From an uncultured Gammaproteobacteria bacterium (GTDB lineage Bacteria > Patescibacteriota > Patescibacteriia > Magasanikbacterales > UBA922), in NCBI GenBank assembly GCA_964519725.1, contig CAZFKS010000001.1:119270-183269 (forward strand): 64,000 bases of DNA, given 5' to 3'. The translations under genes were made by a program, and so were the position numbers. Positions 18,575 through 29,966 of this stretch are shown here, in pieces. Position 1 is the stretch's first letter. Every line of letters starts with the position of its first letter. The notes beneath the pieces are model-generated. The model had not been told where the DNA came from, ran no database searches, and was given only the letters and a program-made list of their open reading frames with translations.

Positions 18575-19909
18575 TCAGACTCTTCCCTGCAACCAATGCG
18601 AAACCCGCGCATCCATTTTAATATGTCCGGGGACTAAACGGCGTTTTAAAGTGAGCCCCGCGAGTGAGGTACAGCGCGATAGCGCCACATATAATTGACC
18701 AGGCGCAAACGTACCACGTCCAATATCCAAAATCACTTTGTCAAAAGTTTTTCCCTGCGCTTTGTGAATGGTCACGGCCCAGGCCAACTTCAGCGGGTAC
18801 TGGGTGAATGAGCCGATCGTTTCGGTATCAATTGCACCGCGACCGGGGTCAAAGCGGAACTCAAACATGTCCCAGGTGTGCGGAAAAATATCCACGGTTT
18901 CGCCAGTTTGTAGTTCTACCCAAATTGGCGCGGGGTGACCAGCCTCAACCACACCAATATCCACTACTGTTCCAACCGTACCATTAACCCAACGACCACC
19001 GCGATCATTGTTCATAAGCATGACTTGGGCCCCGATTTTTAGGGCCAAGAATTCTTCGGTCGGACACGCTTTGGTATCAAACTTACCTTCAGTTTCACCT
19101 TCAAATAAAAATTCTTTTCCTTGTAGTGCCTTTAAATGGGACTCATTTATTTCACTAGCCATGGCATTGGTAGTGACTAAATGAATCGCTTTGGCCGTTG
19201 GGTCACCTAACCAATCCGGGTCATACTGTTTATTAAGCCGCACCCAGTGTTCTGGTTTCGTGGTGTTTTCGCGTACCGCGTTTAAAAGGCCAATAAATTC
19301 CGCATCATTTTGGCGATAAATTTTTTCTAATTCAATTACTTGAAAGCGAAATTGTTCACCTAAATTAAATAATTGCGCGGGCGGTGAAATTACGTGCGCT
19401 GAGAAAAAATATGGCGTCGTGTAATGTTCAGCAAAAATTGCCAAGTCACTACTTGGCACAATTGGCGGCAATTGGTACAGGTCACCAATAAAAATCATTT
19501 GCACCCCACCAAATGGCTGGTATTTATCTGGCCCAAACCGACGCAAAAAAGTGTCCACACAATCAAGTAGGTCAGCCCGCACCATGGAAATTTCATCAAT
19601 CACCAAAGTTTCCAATTTTTTATACAAATCCAAATCTTCTGGTGGTTTAAGTTTGCGCACTTTACTAACCGTAATATCTGGTTTAAAACCAAAAAATGAG
19701 TGGATAGTTTGTCCACCAACATTTACCGCGGCCACGCCAGTGGGGGCTAAAATGGCCTTTTTCTTTTTGGTGTTTTCGCGCCAATGCGTGAGCAAGGTTG
19801 ATTTTCCAGTGCCTGCCCGCCCAGTTAAAAAAACACTTTGGCTCGTGTTTTCAATTAAGTCTAGTGCGGCAGTAAACCCGGGGTTTAAATCAAGATTTAT
19901 TTTGGCCAT
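18575..19909 (-). CDS. PIF1/RecD-like SF1B DNA helicase
   Basis: GRAGTGKS, APTGVAA, TIHSFF, IDEISMVRADLLD, GDLYQLPP, QYPLKLAWAVTIHKAQG, GQLYVALSR. Confidence 0.93.
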   Translation of the reverse strand: MAKINLDLNPGFTAALDLIENTSQSVFLTGRAGTGKSTLLTHWRENTKKKKAILAPTGVAAVNVGGQTIHSFFGFKPDITVSKVRKLKPPEDLDLYKKLETLVIDEISMVRADLLDCVDTFLRRFGPDKYQPFGGVQMIFIGDLYQLPPIVPSSDLAIFAEHYTTPYFFSAHVISPPAQLFNLGEQFRFQVIELEKIYRQNDAEFIGLLNAVRENTTKPEHWVRLNKQYDPDWLGDPTAKAIHLVTTNAMASEINESHLKALQGKEFLFEGETEGKFDTKACPTEEFLALKIGAQVMLMNNDRGGRWVNGTVGTVVDIGVVEAGHPAPIWVELQTGETVDIFPHTWDMFEFRFDPGRGAIDTETIGSFTQYPLKLAWAVTIHKAQGKTFDKVILDIGRGTFAPGQLYVALSRCTSLAGLTLKRRLVPGHIKMDARVSHWLQGRV

Positions 19910-19911
19910 AT

Positions 19912-21060
19912 TTATTTTAATTTTTGCAGGGCCGCATCAACAAATCCAAACCCAAGGGTATTAAGCGCCACTTCATTGGTTTCAATCATAATAATATCTT
20001 TGCTGAAAAAATCTCGCTCCCAATCAATCTGTTCACGAGCGTTTGGTTCAATTGGGCCAGGATAATGTCGTTTTGACTCAAAATAATAATACACATTTAA
20101 ATCCTGATACAGTTTCACAGAATTTTGCACTTCAGAAATAGTCCAAACAAAACTATCACCAATGGCGGCCACAGTTGGTCTAAACGCATCTTTGGGGCCA
20201 GTGGTTTTAAGCAGTGGGTGTGGGGTTGCGCCATTAGTCACTGTGTTATCCCACAAATTCATGAGGTCAGCGAGGTCACGATCAGTTCCAATTGGTTCAT
20301 TATCCACGACAGGTGGATCACACACCAAGTGCACCAGTGGTTTTTGTAGTTTTTGTTCCATGGCCTGCATGATTTTTTCTTGCACAATGCACGCAGCGTA
20401 ATAATTCCAGTGCGTGCCACCATGCGCAAACAGTAAATTTGGATTAGTTTTCTTTTCGGTCAGTAAAATTTCCGTACCGTCAATAACCGTAATTCCAGCC
20501 TGTTTTAACAAGGGTTTAATGCGTTCATAATCCGTCGCTGGTGTGCCTGGTTGTTTAACTGCAAACTGCCCAGGCAAATATTCTGGGTACACACTCGCCT
20601 TACTTGGAGCTAGCACAACAATAAGTGGGACACCGCGCGCCGCGAGCTTGGTTTGCAAAGCCACCAGGTCAGTCACTTCATTTTTGAGTAAGGCATAGGG
20701 CGCGGCGTTGCGACCATGATAATGATTAATATACCCTTTTTCATAGAGCATATTATTTTGACCATACACAATTTTAACATTGCCCCCAGCAGAAATTTCG
20801 CGGAACAAATTGAAATTAAGTTGGTTCACGGTTTTAATAAGTGCCCCACGAAAACCTAGGTGCTGATTCCACCACTGTTCTAATTGGGTCTGAAACTCCC
20901 CTGTTTTCCAGGTGTTGAGAGAAAATTTTGGCCGTGAAATTTCCACCACTGTGCCGGCTAATTTTTCTTCTGGCGCAAATTTAAACAATAGTTGTGCGGA
21001 CGGTAGGACGCAAGCCAGGAAGAAAATTAAGAGAAAAATAACATTAAACGCGCGTTTCAT
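19912..21060 (-). CDS. AlgJ/AlgX-like SGNH O-acetyltransferase
   Basis: N-terminal TM helix, AP.KA.VYPEYLP, GTHWN, IGDSF; adjacent to an MBOAT gene. Confidence 0.82.
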   Translation of the reverse strand: MKRAFNVIFLLIFFLACVLPSAQLLFKFAPEEKLAGTVVEISRPKFSLNTWKTGEFQTQLEQWWNQHLGFRGALIKTVNQLNFNLFREISAGGNVKIVYGQNNMLYEKGYINHYHGRNAAPYALLKNEVTDLVALQTKLAARGVPLIVVLAPSKASVYPEYLPGQFAVKQPGTPATDYERIKPLLKQAGITVIDGTEILLTEKKTNPNLLFAHGGTHWNYYAACIVQEKIMQAMEQKLQKPLVHLVCDPPVVDNEPIGTDRDLADLMNLWDNTVTNGATPHPLLKTTGPKDAFRPTVAAIGDSFVWTISEVQNSVKLYQDLNVYYYFESKRHYPGPIEPNAREQIDWERDFFSKDIIMIETNEVALNTLGFGFVDAALQKLK

Positions 21061-21061
21061 A

Positions 21062-22498
21062 CTAGAACCGGAAGTAAATAAACGGATTAAACTCAGCGTT
21101 TACTAAATATAAAATCGCGAGCCCCGCAATAATCAGGGCACAGACTGAACTCACAAAAATCGTACCAGTTTTATGGAGTCGCGCTTCGCCCGAACACATC
21201 AGTTCGTCCCAGGCAGAAAAAGCCGGTAAAAAACTGAGCACCAAAGCCACAATTAACGTAATGTATGTACGTGCATTAATCACATCAGCAAAAAAGAGCG
21301 CGCCAGGTACAGGTGTATGCGCGTGCCCAAACATGACACCAATAAATTGCACGGCGCCAGTAATTGTTTCACTCCGGAAAAACACCCAACCAATTTGCAC
21401 CAGTAAAAAGGTCGCTAGGATATTAATAAATTTTGGTACACGCTTGGTAAGTTTAGCCAGGCCCGCTTTATCAAGCACAATAAATAAACCGTGATACAAA
21501 CCCCAGACCAAAAAAGTCCAGTTAGCGCCGTGCCAAATTCCAGACAAGGCAAAAACAATGACCAAATTTAAGTACGCACGCCAGGCGGCCACCCGATTGC
21601 CCCCGAGCGGAATGTACACGTATTCGCGCATAAAGCGCGACAGTGAAATGTGCCAACGCCGCCAAAAATCCGTAAAATTCTGGGCAATATACGGGTGGTC
21701 AAAATTTTCCATCCACTTAAACCCAAGCATCCGGCCAAGGCCAATGGCCATATCAGAATAACCAGAAAAATCAAAAAATAATTGGAGGGTGTAACACAAA
21801 ATTCCCAGCCAGGCAAAACTTGGTTGCAAGGCATAATTTGGTAAGCCAAAAATACTGTCAGCCACCACCCCAAGTGGATTGGCGAGCAAAACTTTTTTAC
21901 CCAGACCAAAACAAAAGCGCCGCAACCCATACCCAATTTCTGTGAGTGATAGCCGCCGGGTGTGGAGCTGATCAGCCACATCATGGTACCGGATAATTGG
22001 CCCGGCAATTAATTGCGGGAAAATTAAAATGTATAGCAAAAATTCACCCAGATTTTTGGCTGGTTTGGCAGTACCGCGGTACACATCAACCGTGTAACTA
22101 ATTTTATGAAAGGTAAAAAAGGAAATTCCAATTGGCAAAACGACTTTGGTCCAGGCTAGCGCCGCAATTCCAAAATACTGCAGACCAGCGTTAAATTGCT
22201 CAACAAAAAAATTCGCGTATTTGAAATACCCGAGCAAAACTAAATTTAAAACCAGAGACGCAATTAAGAGCCCCTTACGCTTTGAATGATTTTTTGCCTG
22301 ATCAATCCCCTGACTTAAGACAAAATCTAAAACACAACTAACCAAAAGTACCGCCGCAAAAGTCGGCGCACCCCAGCAGTAAAACAAAAGGCTCCCAGCC
22401 AAGGCCACCGCATTCCGAAACCGAGCCGGGGTCAGATAATAGATGACAAAAAAAGCCGGGAAAAACCCAAATAAAAACAGAAGTGAACTAAATACCAT
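21062..22498 (-). CDS. MBOAT O-acyltransferase (AlgI/PatA-like)
   Basis: LPIGISFFTF, FPQLIAGPI.RY, DFSGYSDMAIG, FWRRWHISLS, GIWHGANWTF. Confidence 0.95.
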   Translation of the reverse strand: MVFSSLLFLFGFFPAFFVIYYLTPARFRNAVALAGSLLFYCWGAPTFAAVLLVSCVLDFVLSQGIDQAKNHSKRKGLLIASLVLNLVLLGYFKYANFFVEQFNAGLQYFGIAALAWTKVVLPIGISFFTFHKISYTVDVYRGTAKPAKNLGEFLLYILIFPQLIAGPIIRYHDVADQLHTRRLSLTEIGYGLRRFCFGLGKKVLLANPLGVVADSIFGLPNYALQPSFAWLGILCYTLQLFFDFSGYSDMAIGLGRMLGFKWMENFDHPYIAQNFTDFWRRWHISLSRFMREYVYIPLGGNRVAAWRAYLNLVIVFALSGIWHGANWTFLVWGLYHGLFIVLDKAGLAKLTKRVPKFINILATFLLVQIGWVFFRSETITGAVQFIGVMFGHAHTPVPGALFFADVINARTYITLIVALVLSFLPAFSAWDELMCSGEARLHKTGTIFVSSVCALIIAGLAILYLVNAEFNPFIYFRF

Positions 22499-22521
22499 AG
22501 GTGGTATTTAGTATACCAAAT

Positions 22522-24312
22522 TTAGCCTTTCCGACCAGCGCGCACGCGGTCAGATTCTTTGAGGTATTGTTTACGGAGACGGACGCTTTCTGGAGTAATT
22601 TCCAAGTATTCATCCTCGGCCATAATTTCAAGGCCGCGTTCCAAAGTCAGATCAAGTGGTGGGATCAGGAGAAGAGCGTCATCAGTACCAGAAGCGCGCA
22701 TGTTGGTGAGTTGTTTACCCTTAATTGGGTTAACCACCATGTCTTGGCCTTTACTAACATTACCAATGACCATACCTTCGTACACTTCAGTATTCGCCCC
22801 AATGTACAAAGTACCACGGTCTTGGAGGTTAAAGAGTGAGTAACCAAGCGCTTTACCAGTTTCCATTGAAACCATTGAGCCAACATCACGTTTTTCAATC
22901 TCACCAGCAAATGGACGGAAATCAAGCACGCGTGAGCACAAAATCCCTTCACCGCGAGTGTCCATCACAAATTGGCCGCGGTAACCCAGTAAACCACGAG
23001 TTGGGATTTCAAAAATCATCCGAGTTTGACCATCAGCTTGGCGCATGTCTACCATGCGGCCTTTGCGTTTACCTAATTTTTCAATCACGGTTCCAGCAAA
23101 TTCATCAGGCACATCAACGGTGGCTTCTTCGTATGGTTCAGATTTTACCCCATCAATGTCTTTGATAATTACTTGTGGTTGTGAAACTTGAATTTCAAAA
23201 CCTTCGCGGCGCATGTTTTCGAGTAAAATCGCAACGTGGAGTTCGCCGCGACCAAAAACTTTATAGTGATCAGACTCAGAAAAATCAATTTTTAAACCCA
23301 CGTTAACTTCCAGTTCTTTTTCCAAACGTTCGCGGATCTGACTGTTAGTTACAAACTTACCTTCTTGACCAGCAAATGGTGAAGAGTTCACCAAAAAGTT
23401 CAAAGAAATAGTTGGTTCATCAACCCGGATGGCTGGGAGTGGTTCTTGGTCAGCGTTATTACAAATAGTTTCCCCAATATCAATGTCAGCGACCCCAGCA
23501 ATCATGGCAATATCACCGGCACTGGCCTCGGTATCTTCGATCCGTTCCATGCCTTTGAAAGTAAAAATTTTGGTAATTGAACCAGGACGAGTTTCACCAG
23601 TTGGTTTTTTAACAATTACTTTGTCACCAACTCTAATGGTCCCTTCGTACACCCGACCAACTGCTAAGCGGCCAACATAATTGTCATAACCCAAATTAAA
23701 CGGCTGCATTCGGAATGGTGCTGTCACATTGTTTGGTGCTGGTGGAACCAGTTTCAAAACCGTATCAAGAAGTGGAGTCAGGTCTTTAGCTTCGTCTTCC
23801 ATTTTAAGTTTAGCCACACCTTGACGCCCAATTGCGTACACAGTAGTGAAATCAAGCTGGGCATCATTGGCGCCGAGATCCATGAAGAGTTCTAACACTT
23901 GATCATGAGCGCGAACAACGTCAGCGGCCGGCTTATCGATTTTATTCAAAACCACAATTGGCTTAAGGCCAAGTTCAAGAGATTTTTTCAAAACAAATTT
24001 GGTTTGTGGCATTGGACCTTCCTGGGCATCCACAATCAAAAGCACTGAGTCAATTGACCGAAGCACGCGCTCAACTTCAGAACCAAAATCCGCGTGACCT
24101 GGGGTGTCCACAATGTTAATTTTTGTGTCTTTATAATAGACACTAGCATTTTTCGAGTAAATCGTAATACCACGCTCCCGTTCCAGGGCGTTTGAGTCCA
24201 TTGAGGCTTGAGACTCTTCTGACACCATCCCGGTTTGGCGCATAATCGCGTCAGTCAGGGTGGTTTTACCATGGTCTACGTGGGCAATAATCGCAATATT
24301 TCGGATTTCCAT
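22522..24312 (-). CDS. typA: Translational GTPase TypA/BipA
   Basis: [41 protein letters not shown]. Confidence 0.97.
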   Translation of the reverse strand: MEIRNIAIIAHVDHGKTTLTDAIMRQTGMVSEESQASMDSNALERERGITIYSKNASVYYKDTKINIVDTPGHADFGSEVERVLRSIDSVLLIVDAQEGPMPQTKFVLKKSLELGLKPIVVLNKIDKPAADVVRAHDQVLELFMDLGANDAQLDFTTVYAIGRQGVAKLKMEDEAKDLTPLLDTVLKLVPPAPNNVTAPFRMQPFNLGYDNYVGRLAVGRVYEGTIRVGDKVIVKKPTGETRPGSITKIFTFKGMERIEDTEASAGDIAMIAGVADIDIGETICNNADQEPLPAIRVDEPTISLNFLVNSSPFAGQEGKFVTNSQIRERLEKELEVNVGLKIDFSESDHYKVFGRGELHVAILLENMRREGFEIQVSQPQVIIKDIDGVKSEPYEEATVDVPDEFAGTVIEKLGKRKGRMVDMRQADGQTRMIFEIPTRGLLGYRGQFVMDTRGEGILCSRVLDFRPFAGEIEKRDVGSMVSMETGKALGYSLFNLQDRGTLYIGANTEVYEGMVIGNVSKGQDMVVNPIKGKQLTNMRASGTDDALLLIPPLDLTLERGLEIMAEDEYLEITPESVRLRKQYLKESDRVRAGRKG

Positions 24313-24332
24313 AGGAAGATAAGAATGCGCGG

Positions 24333-24361
24333 ATTATACGCATTTTTAGCCATTTTGTCAA
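24333..24361 (-). promoter_or_regulatory. Consensus sigma70 promoter of typA
   Basis: TTGACA-17-TATAAT followed by the GC-rich discriminator CCGCGCA. Confidence 0.75.
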
Positions 24362-24377
24362 TGGTTTGATCTACCTC

Positions 24378-24680
24378 CTAGGAATGGACCCGCATGTGCT
24401 CCTTAACCAGGCTCATTTCCCGTTGAAATTCCTCTTTGGTGACCATAGTATTGGCCATTTCCCCAACCGCCTCAAAGAGGTCAGAGACATTGGTTTTGAT
24501 CTCGGACATTTCCTGTTTTAACGCCCGGATGTCCCTTCTAAATTCTTTACTCTCTTGCTTTAGGCCGGTAGTTTCCCCTTTCACCCCAGCCATATCTTGC
24601 TTTAAAATTGAGATGTCCTTTTTCATCTCCAAAAAATCACTTTGCATTTGAATTAAAATTTGCAAAATTTGTGCCTCCAT
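24378..24680 (-). CDS. Hypothetical coiled-coil protein
   Basis: 100 aa of heptad-like repeats (LKQDM.., LKQES.., LKQEM..). Confidence 0.65.
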   Translation of the reverse strand: MEAQILQILIQMQSDFLEMKKDISILKQDMAGVKGETTGLKQESKEFRRDIRALKQEMSEIKTNVSDLFEAVGEMANTMVTKEEFQREMSLVKEHMRVHS

Positions 24681-24806
24681 ATTTTTTATTTAAAAATAAT
24701 TGCGCCCTATATTTAAATTACAAGAAAATAATTGTTCAGTCAAAGTTGGCTAAACAAAGATGAAAAAACCACTTATCCAGGGGTCGTGTGTAAAAACTGT
24801 GGAAAT

Positions 24807-25445
24807 TTAAACTGTGAATGGTACGTTATTTTCTACTGCAACCAACCGTATTCCATCAGGTGAAAGTAGCGCGTCAGCATTTTTGTAATACGAACCAGGA
24901 AATTTCAACATCCTATCGTGGACTGGAAAATATTGACTTGGTTTTACAGCCTTGGCAAAGTCTACTGTCTCAGCCAATTTTGCCCACGGCGCGCAAATTG
25001 GCAGGGCCAAAATTTCAATTGGTCTGTTGGGCAGCGCAAAAGAATCACCAGGGTAATACAATTTATCCGCAAAAATAAAACCCGTGTTTGGAATATCACT
25101 TTTAGCATAACCCGGATAAATGGGCGCGTGTTTTTCTCCAACGGCTTCCACTGAAATATCTTTAACCTGAATTATTCCACTCGAAAATTCCGTCCAATTA
25201 ATCTTATTTTCAGTCAGCCCTTTCCCCACTCCTGAATTAGTGTAAATTTTCATCGTCGGATTATTTTGCACGAGGCCTTTAATTTTTTCTAGGTCAGTGT
25301 GGTCTTGATGTTCATGCGACAAAAACAGAGCATCAATATTTTTGAGCTCTGAAAGATCTTCTGACCAACTGCCTGGGTCAACTAATAATCTCACACCCTG
25401 CTTTTCTATCAAAAGACAAGAGTGACCTAATTTTGTGATTTGCAT
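24807..25445 (-). CDS. Metallo-beta-lactamase-fold hydrolase
   Basis: LGHSC, VDPG, SHEHQDH (HxHxDH), PGDS, PVHD; start refined to MQITKLGH. Confidence 0.9.
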   Translation of the reverse strand: MQITKLGHSCLLIEKQGVRLLVDPGSWSEDLSELKNIDALFLSHEHQDHTDLEKIKGLVQNNPTMKIYTNSGVGKGLTENKINWTEFSSGIIQVKDISVEAVGEKHAPIYPGYAKSDIPNTGFIFADKLYYPGDSFALPNRPIEILALPICAPWAKLAETVDFAKAVKPSQYFPVHDRMLKFPGSYYKNADALLSPDGIRLVAVENNVPFTV

Positions 25446-25550
25446 ATCTATTATATATACCACTCTTTAAACTAAGTGGCAATGTGTGTATAAACCTCAA
25501 AATAGCCCTTGCATTATCAATTTCAAGTCTTATAATAATGTCGTCTGCGT

Positions 25551-26099
25551 ATGAATTACCACCCGTCAATTCAATTAAAGGAGACTGTTTTTGGAAAAAG
25601 CATTTTCACCAGTTCTGACCTACGTCCTGGGACTTTTTTGATTGAAATGACTGGTCAAACTTTTCGCCTAGAAGATATTCCCCCTCTTAGCGAACGCCAG
25701 ATTATGGATCACTATATTCAGTGTTCAGATGATCTCTTTCTTGGCCCCTCTGGTTTATTTGACGATTATTTTAACCACTCTTGCGACCCAAACGCTGGTC
25801 TTTTTTTTAATAATGGCCGAATTTTGGTTAAAACCATAAAACGTGTGCCAGCTAATACAGAAATTTGTTTTGATTACTCCACCGTCATGACCATTGACCC
25901 TCTTGTCATGCAGTGCTCATGTCGATCAAAACTTTGCCGAGGTGAGGTTTTACATTTTCGCACCTTACCAGAACGAACCCGCAATCGCTATATCGCACTT
26001 GGTATTGTGCCGCAATTTTCCATTGCGTCATGTGCTGTTTCAAATAAAAAAGTCAGCCAAAAAATATCACTTTTTCAGCCGACTTTAGTGACTGCCTAG
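25551..26099 (+). CDS. SET-domain protein with post-SET Cys motif
   Basis: FNHSCDPNA, EICFDY, CSCRSKLCRG. Confidence 0.9.
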   Translation: MNYHPSIQLKETVFGKSIFTSSDLRPGTFLIEMTGQTFRLEDIPPLSERQIMDHYIQCSDDLFLGPSGLFDDYFNHSCDPNAGLFFNNGRILVKTIKRVPANTEICFDYSTVMTIDPLVMQCSCRSKLCRGEVLHFRTLPERTRNRYIALGIVPQFSIASCAVSNKKVSQKISLFQPTLVTA

Positions 26100-26100
26100 T

Positions 26101-27852
26101 TTAGATTTTTTCAGAAATAAAACCACCAACTTGTAATTCCCACAATTTGCGGTACAGGCCGCCGTTTTTGGTAATTAATTCTGCGTGCGAGCCAGTTTCT
26201 TGTACCTCACCATTATCCACGACAATAATGCGATCCATACGCATAATGGTTGACAGGCGGTGGGCAATCACAACAACAGTTTTACCGGCCATTAATTTAT
26301 CCAGGGCATCTTGAATCATGCGTTCAGATTCTGAGTCGAGACTTGAGGTTGCTTCATCGAGTAGTAAAATTGGCGCGTTGCGCAAAATCGCGCGCGCAAT
26401 GGCCACGCGTTGGCGCTCACCACCAGACAATTTTACCCCGCGCTCGCCCACCAAAGTATTGTACTTGTCAGGCAAAGATTCAATAAATTCATGACAATGG
26501 GCACGCTTGGCCGCTTCAACCACCTCGGCTTCAGTGGCCTCTGGTCGCGCGTAGCGAATATTATCGAGGAGTGACCGGTGAAATAAGACTGGATCTTGCG
26601 GCACATAACTCATTGTTTGCCACAAACTTTCTTGCGTAATTGTTTTAATGTCTTGGCCACCAATTTTTACCGCCCCTGACAGCGTGTCATATTGGCGCAT
26701 AATTAATTTGAGGAGGGTCGATTTTCCAGCGCCACTTGGACCAACTAGAGCCACACGCTCCCCGGCTTTAATTTCCAAACTTAGACCATGAATAAGTGGT
26801 TTTACTTTGTCATAACCAAAGCGCACATTTTCCCACTCAATCGTGGCCGGCGCAGTTTGCCAGTCTTTGGCATTTTTCGCATCCTGAATTGCGTGCGGAG
26901 TTTCGAGAATCTCGGTCATTTCATTGGCATAGGCCATGTCCGTGTACGTGTCACGAATCAACCGACCCAGGTCCCAAATGCGGAGGAATAAAGTCAGCAA
27001 ATACGCCTGGATCAACGCAAAGTCACCCAGAGTGATTAAACCTTTTTTCCATAACACCAAAGCCGCACCCATTAATCCAATTTCGAGCGCGTGCATTAAA
27101 ATTGCTTGACCAGCATCAAACCAACCATCTAGATTATAGGCTCGCCATTGGGCCTTACTTACCTCTTCATTACCGTTGGCATAATCAGCCACTTCCCGAC
27201 CATAACCATTGAAAAATTTAAGGGCTGATTGGTTGGTAATAGTGTCAGCTAAACGCGCTGTTTGTTTGGATTCTTTTTCACTACGGTCTAAATCAAGTGG
27301 CATTTTCTTGCGAATCAACCAATAATTTAAAGTACCAAAAATCACAAACCACACTGACATGATCAGTGGTAAATACCAACTGCGAGTAGCTAAGATTACC
27401 AAGATAAAAACAATCGTAATTAAAATTTGCGAAAAATTCCAAATTACACGGTCAGAAATATTAGCAAAAGCACCCACATAACGATTCACCCGCTTAACCA
27501 GTGCCCCCACAAAATTACTATTGAAAAAATTTACTGAGTGTTTATGCAAATACTGAAAACAAAAATTATCAATATCGGCTAATAATTTTGGCTGAAGCTT
27601 AATCCAAATAAAGGCCGCTGTGCGCCACAATACCCAGTCGAGTAAATAAAAGAGGCCAGTCAGGGCTAAAATCTGAAACAAAGCCCGCATCTCGAGACCA
27701 GTATTCAGGCCATCAAATAAACGCTTGTAGTAGAGGGGTGGTACTAAGTTTACAAAATTAGCCACCACCGCGGTTACAATCACAACAAAAACCAGCTTCC
27801 GCTTTTTGGCAAAGCACCAGTAAGTTTTGAGGGTAGTTTTTGTGTAATTCAT
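26101..27852 (-). CDS. ABC exporter (fused TMD-NBD, MsbA/Atm1-like)
   Basis: About 6 TM helices, GPSGAGKS, LSGGERQR, LLLDEATS, IAHRLST. Confidence 0.95.
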   Translation of the reverse strand: MNYTKTTLKTYWCFAKKRKLVFVVIVTAVVANFVNLVPPLYYKRLFDGLNTGLEMRALFQILALTGLFYLLDWVLWRTAAFIWIKLQPKLLADIDNFCFQYLHKHSVNFFNSNFVGALVKRVNRYVGAFANISDRVIWNFSQILITIVFILVILATRSWYLPLIMSVWFVIFGTLNYWLIRKKMPLDLDRSEKESKQTARLADTITNQSALKFFNGYGREVADYANGNEEVSKAQWRAYNLDGWFDAGQAILMHALEIGLMGAALVLWKKGLITLGDFALIQAYLLTLFLRIWDLGRLIRDTYTDMAYANEMTEILETPHAIQDAKNAKDWQTAPATIEWENVRFGYDKVKPLIHGLSLEIKAGERVALVGPSGAGKSTLLKLIMRQYDTLSGAVKIGGQDIKTITQESLWQTMSYVPQDPVLFHRSLLDNIRYARPEATEAEVVEAAKRAHCHEFIESLPDKYNTLVGERGVKLSGGERQRVAIARAILRNAPILLLDEATSSLDSESERMIQDALDKLMAGKTVVVIAHRLSTIMRMDRIIVVDNGEVQETGSHAELITKNGGLYRKLWELQVGGFISEKI

Positions 27853-27861
27853 ATTTTAGAT

Positions 27862-27888
27862 AAAAAAACCGCAGGTTGACTGCGGTTT
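27862..27888 (-). terminator. Intrinsic terminator after the Cys-rich small ORF
   Basis: AAACCGCAG-gttga-CTGCGGTTT with an A7 run on + (U-tail on -). Confidence 0.75.
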
Positions 27889-27893
27889 AAGGT

Positions 27894-28016
27894 TTATTCA
27901 TCGTCTGAGCCAAAGCCATCGTAGCTCATTTTGCAGCCACAACAGGACTCACAGGTGTTGCAGTCAGGGCACACCATGTCTTCGATCACTGATTTTGTGC
28001 AATTATCGCAGTTCAT
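27894..28016 (-). CDS. 40-aa cysteine-rich peptide (metallothionein/zinc-ribbon-like)
   Basis: Manual translation MNCDNCTKSVIEDMVCPDCNTCESCCGCKMSYDGFGSDDE*; has its own promoter and terminator. Confidence 0.75.
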   Translation of the reverse strand: MNCDNCTKSVIEDMVCPDCNTCESCCGCKMSYDGFGSDDE

Positions 28017-28037
28017 AAGGGTTTATTTAGTGCGCGG

Positions 28038-28066
28038 ATTATACCAGCCAAACCCCAAAATGTCAA
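28038..28066 (-). promoter_or_regulatory. Perfect-consensus sigma70 promoter of the Cys-rich ORF
   Basis: TTGACA-ttttggggtttggctgg(17)-TATAAT-CCGCGCA. Confidence 0.8.
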
Positions 28067-28086
28067 TAAGCCTTCGGGGCAATAAT

Positions 28087-28116
28087 AAAAAACTCGGTCT
28101 ATAGCCGAGTTTTTTA
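28087..28116. terminator. Terminator of the atp operon (bidirectional shape)
   Basis: AAAAAACTCGG-tctatag-CCGAGTTTTTT. Confidence 0.8.
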
Positions 28117-28119
28117 TTA

Positions 28120-28551
28120 TTAATTTTGAATTTTGCCAATATCGCGGTACTTTTTACCAACCCTGAGACGTGCCAATTCTTTTTCCATTTTGGCAATAAT
28201 CAGGGCGTATTCCTCTTCTTCCAAGGTTTGTTTTTGACTCATGAGTTCCACGGCGCGGGCGCGGGCCGCTTCGGCGCGAGCGACATCAATGTGTTCAGCC
28301 CGTTCAGCAGTTTCAGCGAGCACATACACCACACTGTTTGGGCGAATTTCCACTACCCCGCCAGACACAGCCAGGTCAGTTTCTACTCCGCCTTTTTTTA
28401 CCCGAAGTTCACCAGCTTCAACCAGTGAAACCAATGGTACATGGTGTGGCAACACAGTGATTTCACCGGTAGTAGTAGGAATACTAACCGAGTCAGCCGT
28501 ACTATCGTAGGCAACTCCGTCAGGGGTAACAATTTTTACAGTTAATTCCAT
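28120..28551 (-). CDS. atpC: ATP synthase epsilon subunit
   Basis: IVTPDG..GEITVLPHH.PL..AVSGG; last gene of the atp operon. Confidence 0.95.
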   Translation of the reverse strand: MELTVKIVTPDGVAYDSTADSVSIPTTTGEITVLPHHVPLVSLVEAGELRVKKGGVETDLAVSGGVVEIRPNSVVYVLAETAERAEHIDVARAEAARARAVELMSQKQTLEEEEYALIIAKMEKELARLRVGKKYRDIGKIQN

Positions 28552-28560
28552 AGAGGAATA

Positions 28561-29955
<1,395 letters not shown>

Positions 29956-29966
29956 TTAATTACAAA

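Noticed and set aside
24773-24806. DnaA-box cluster as oriC
   Set aside because: Too few boxes, no dnaA/dnaN nearby and no switch in gene strand bias
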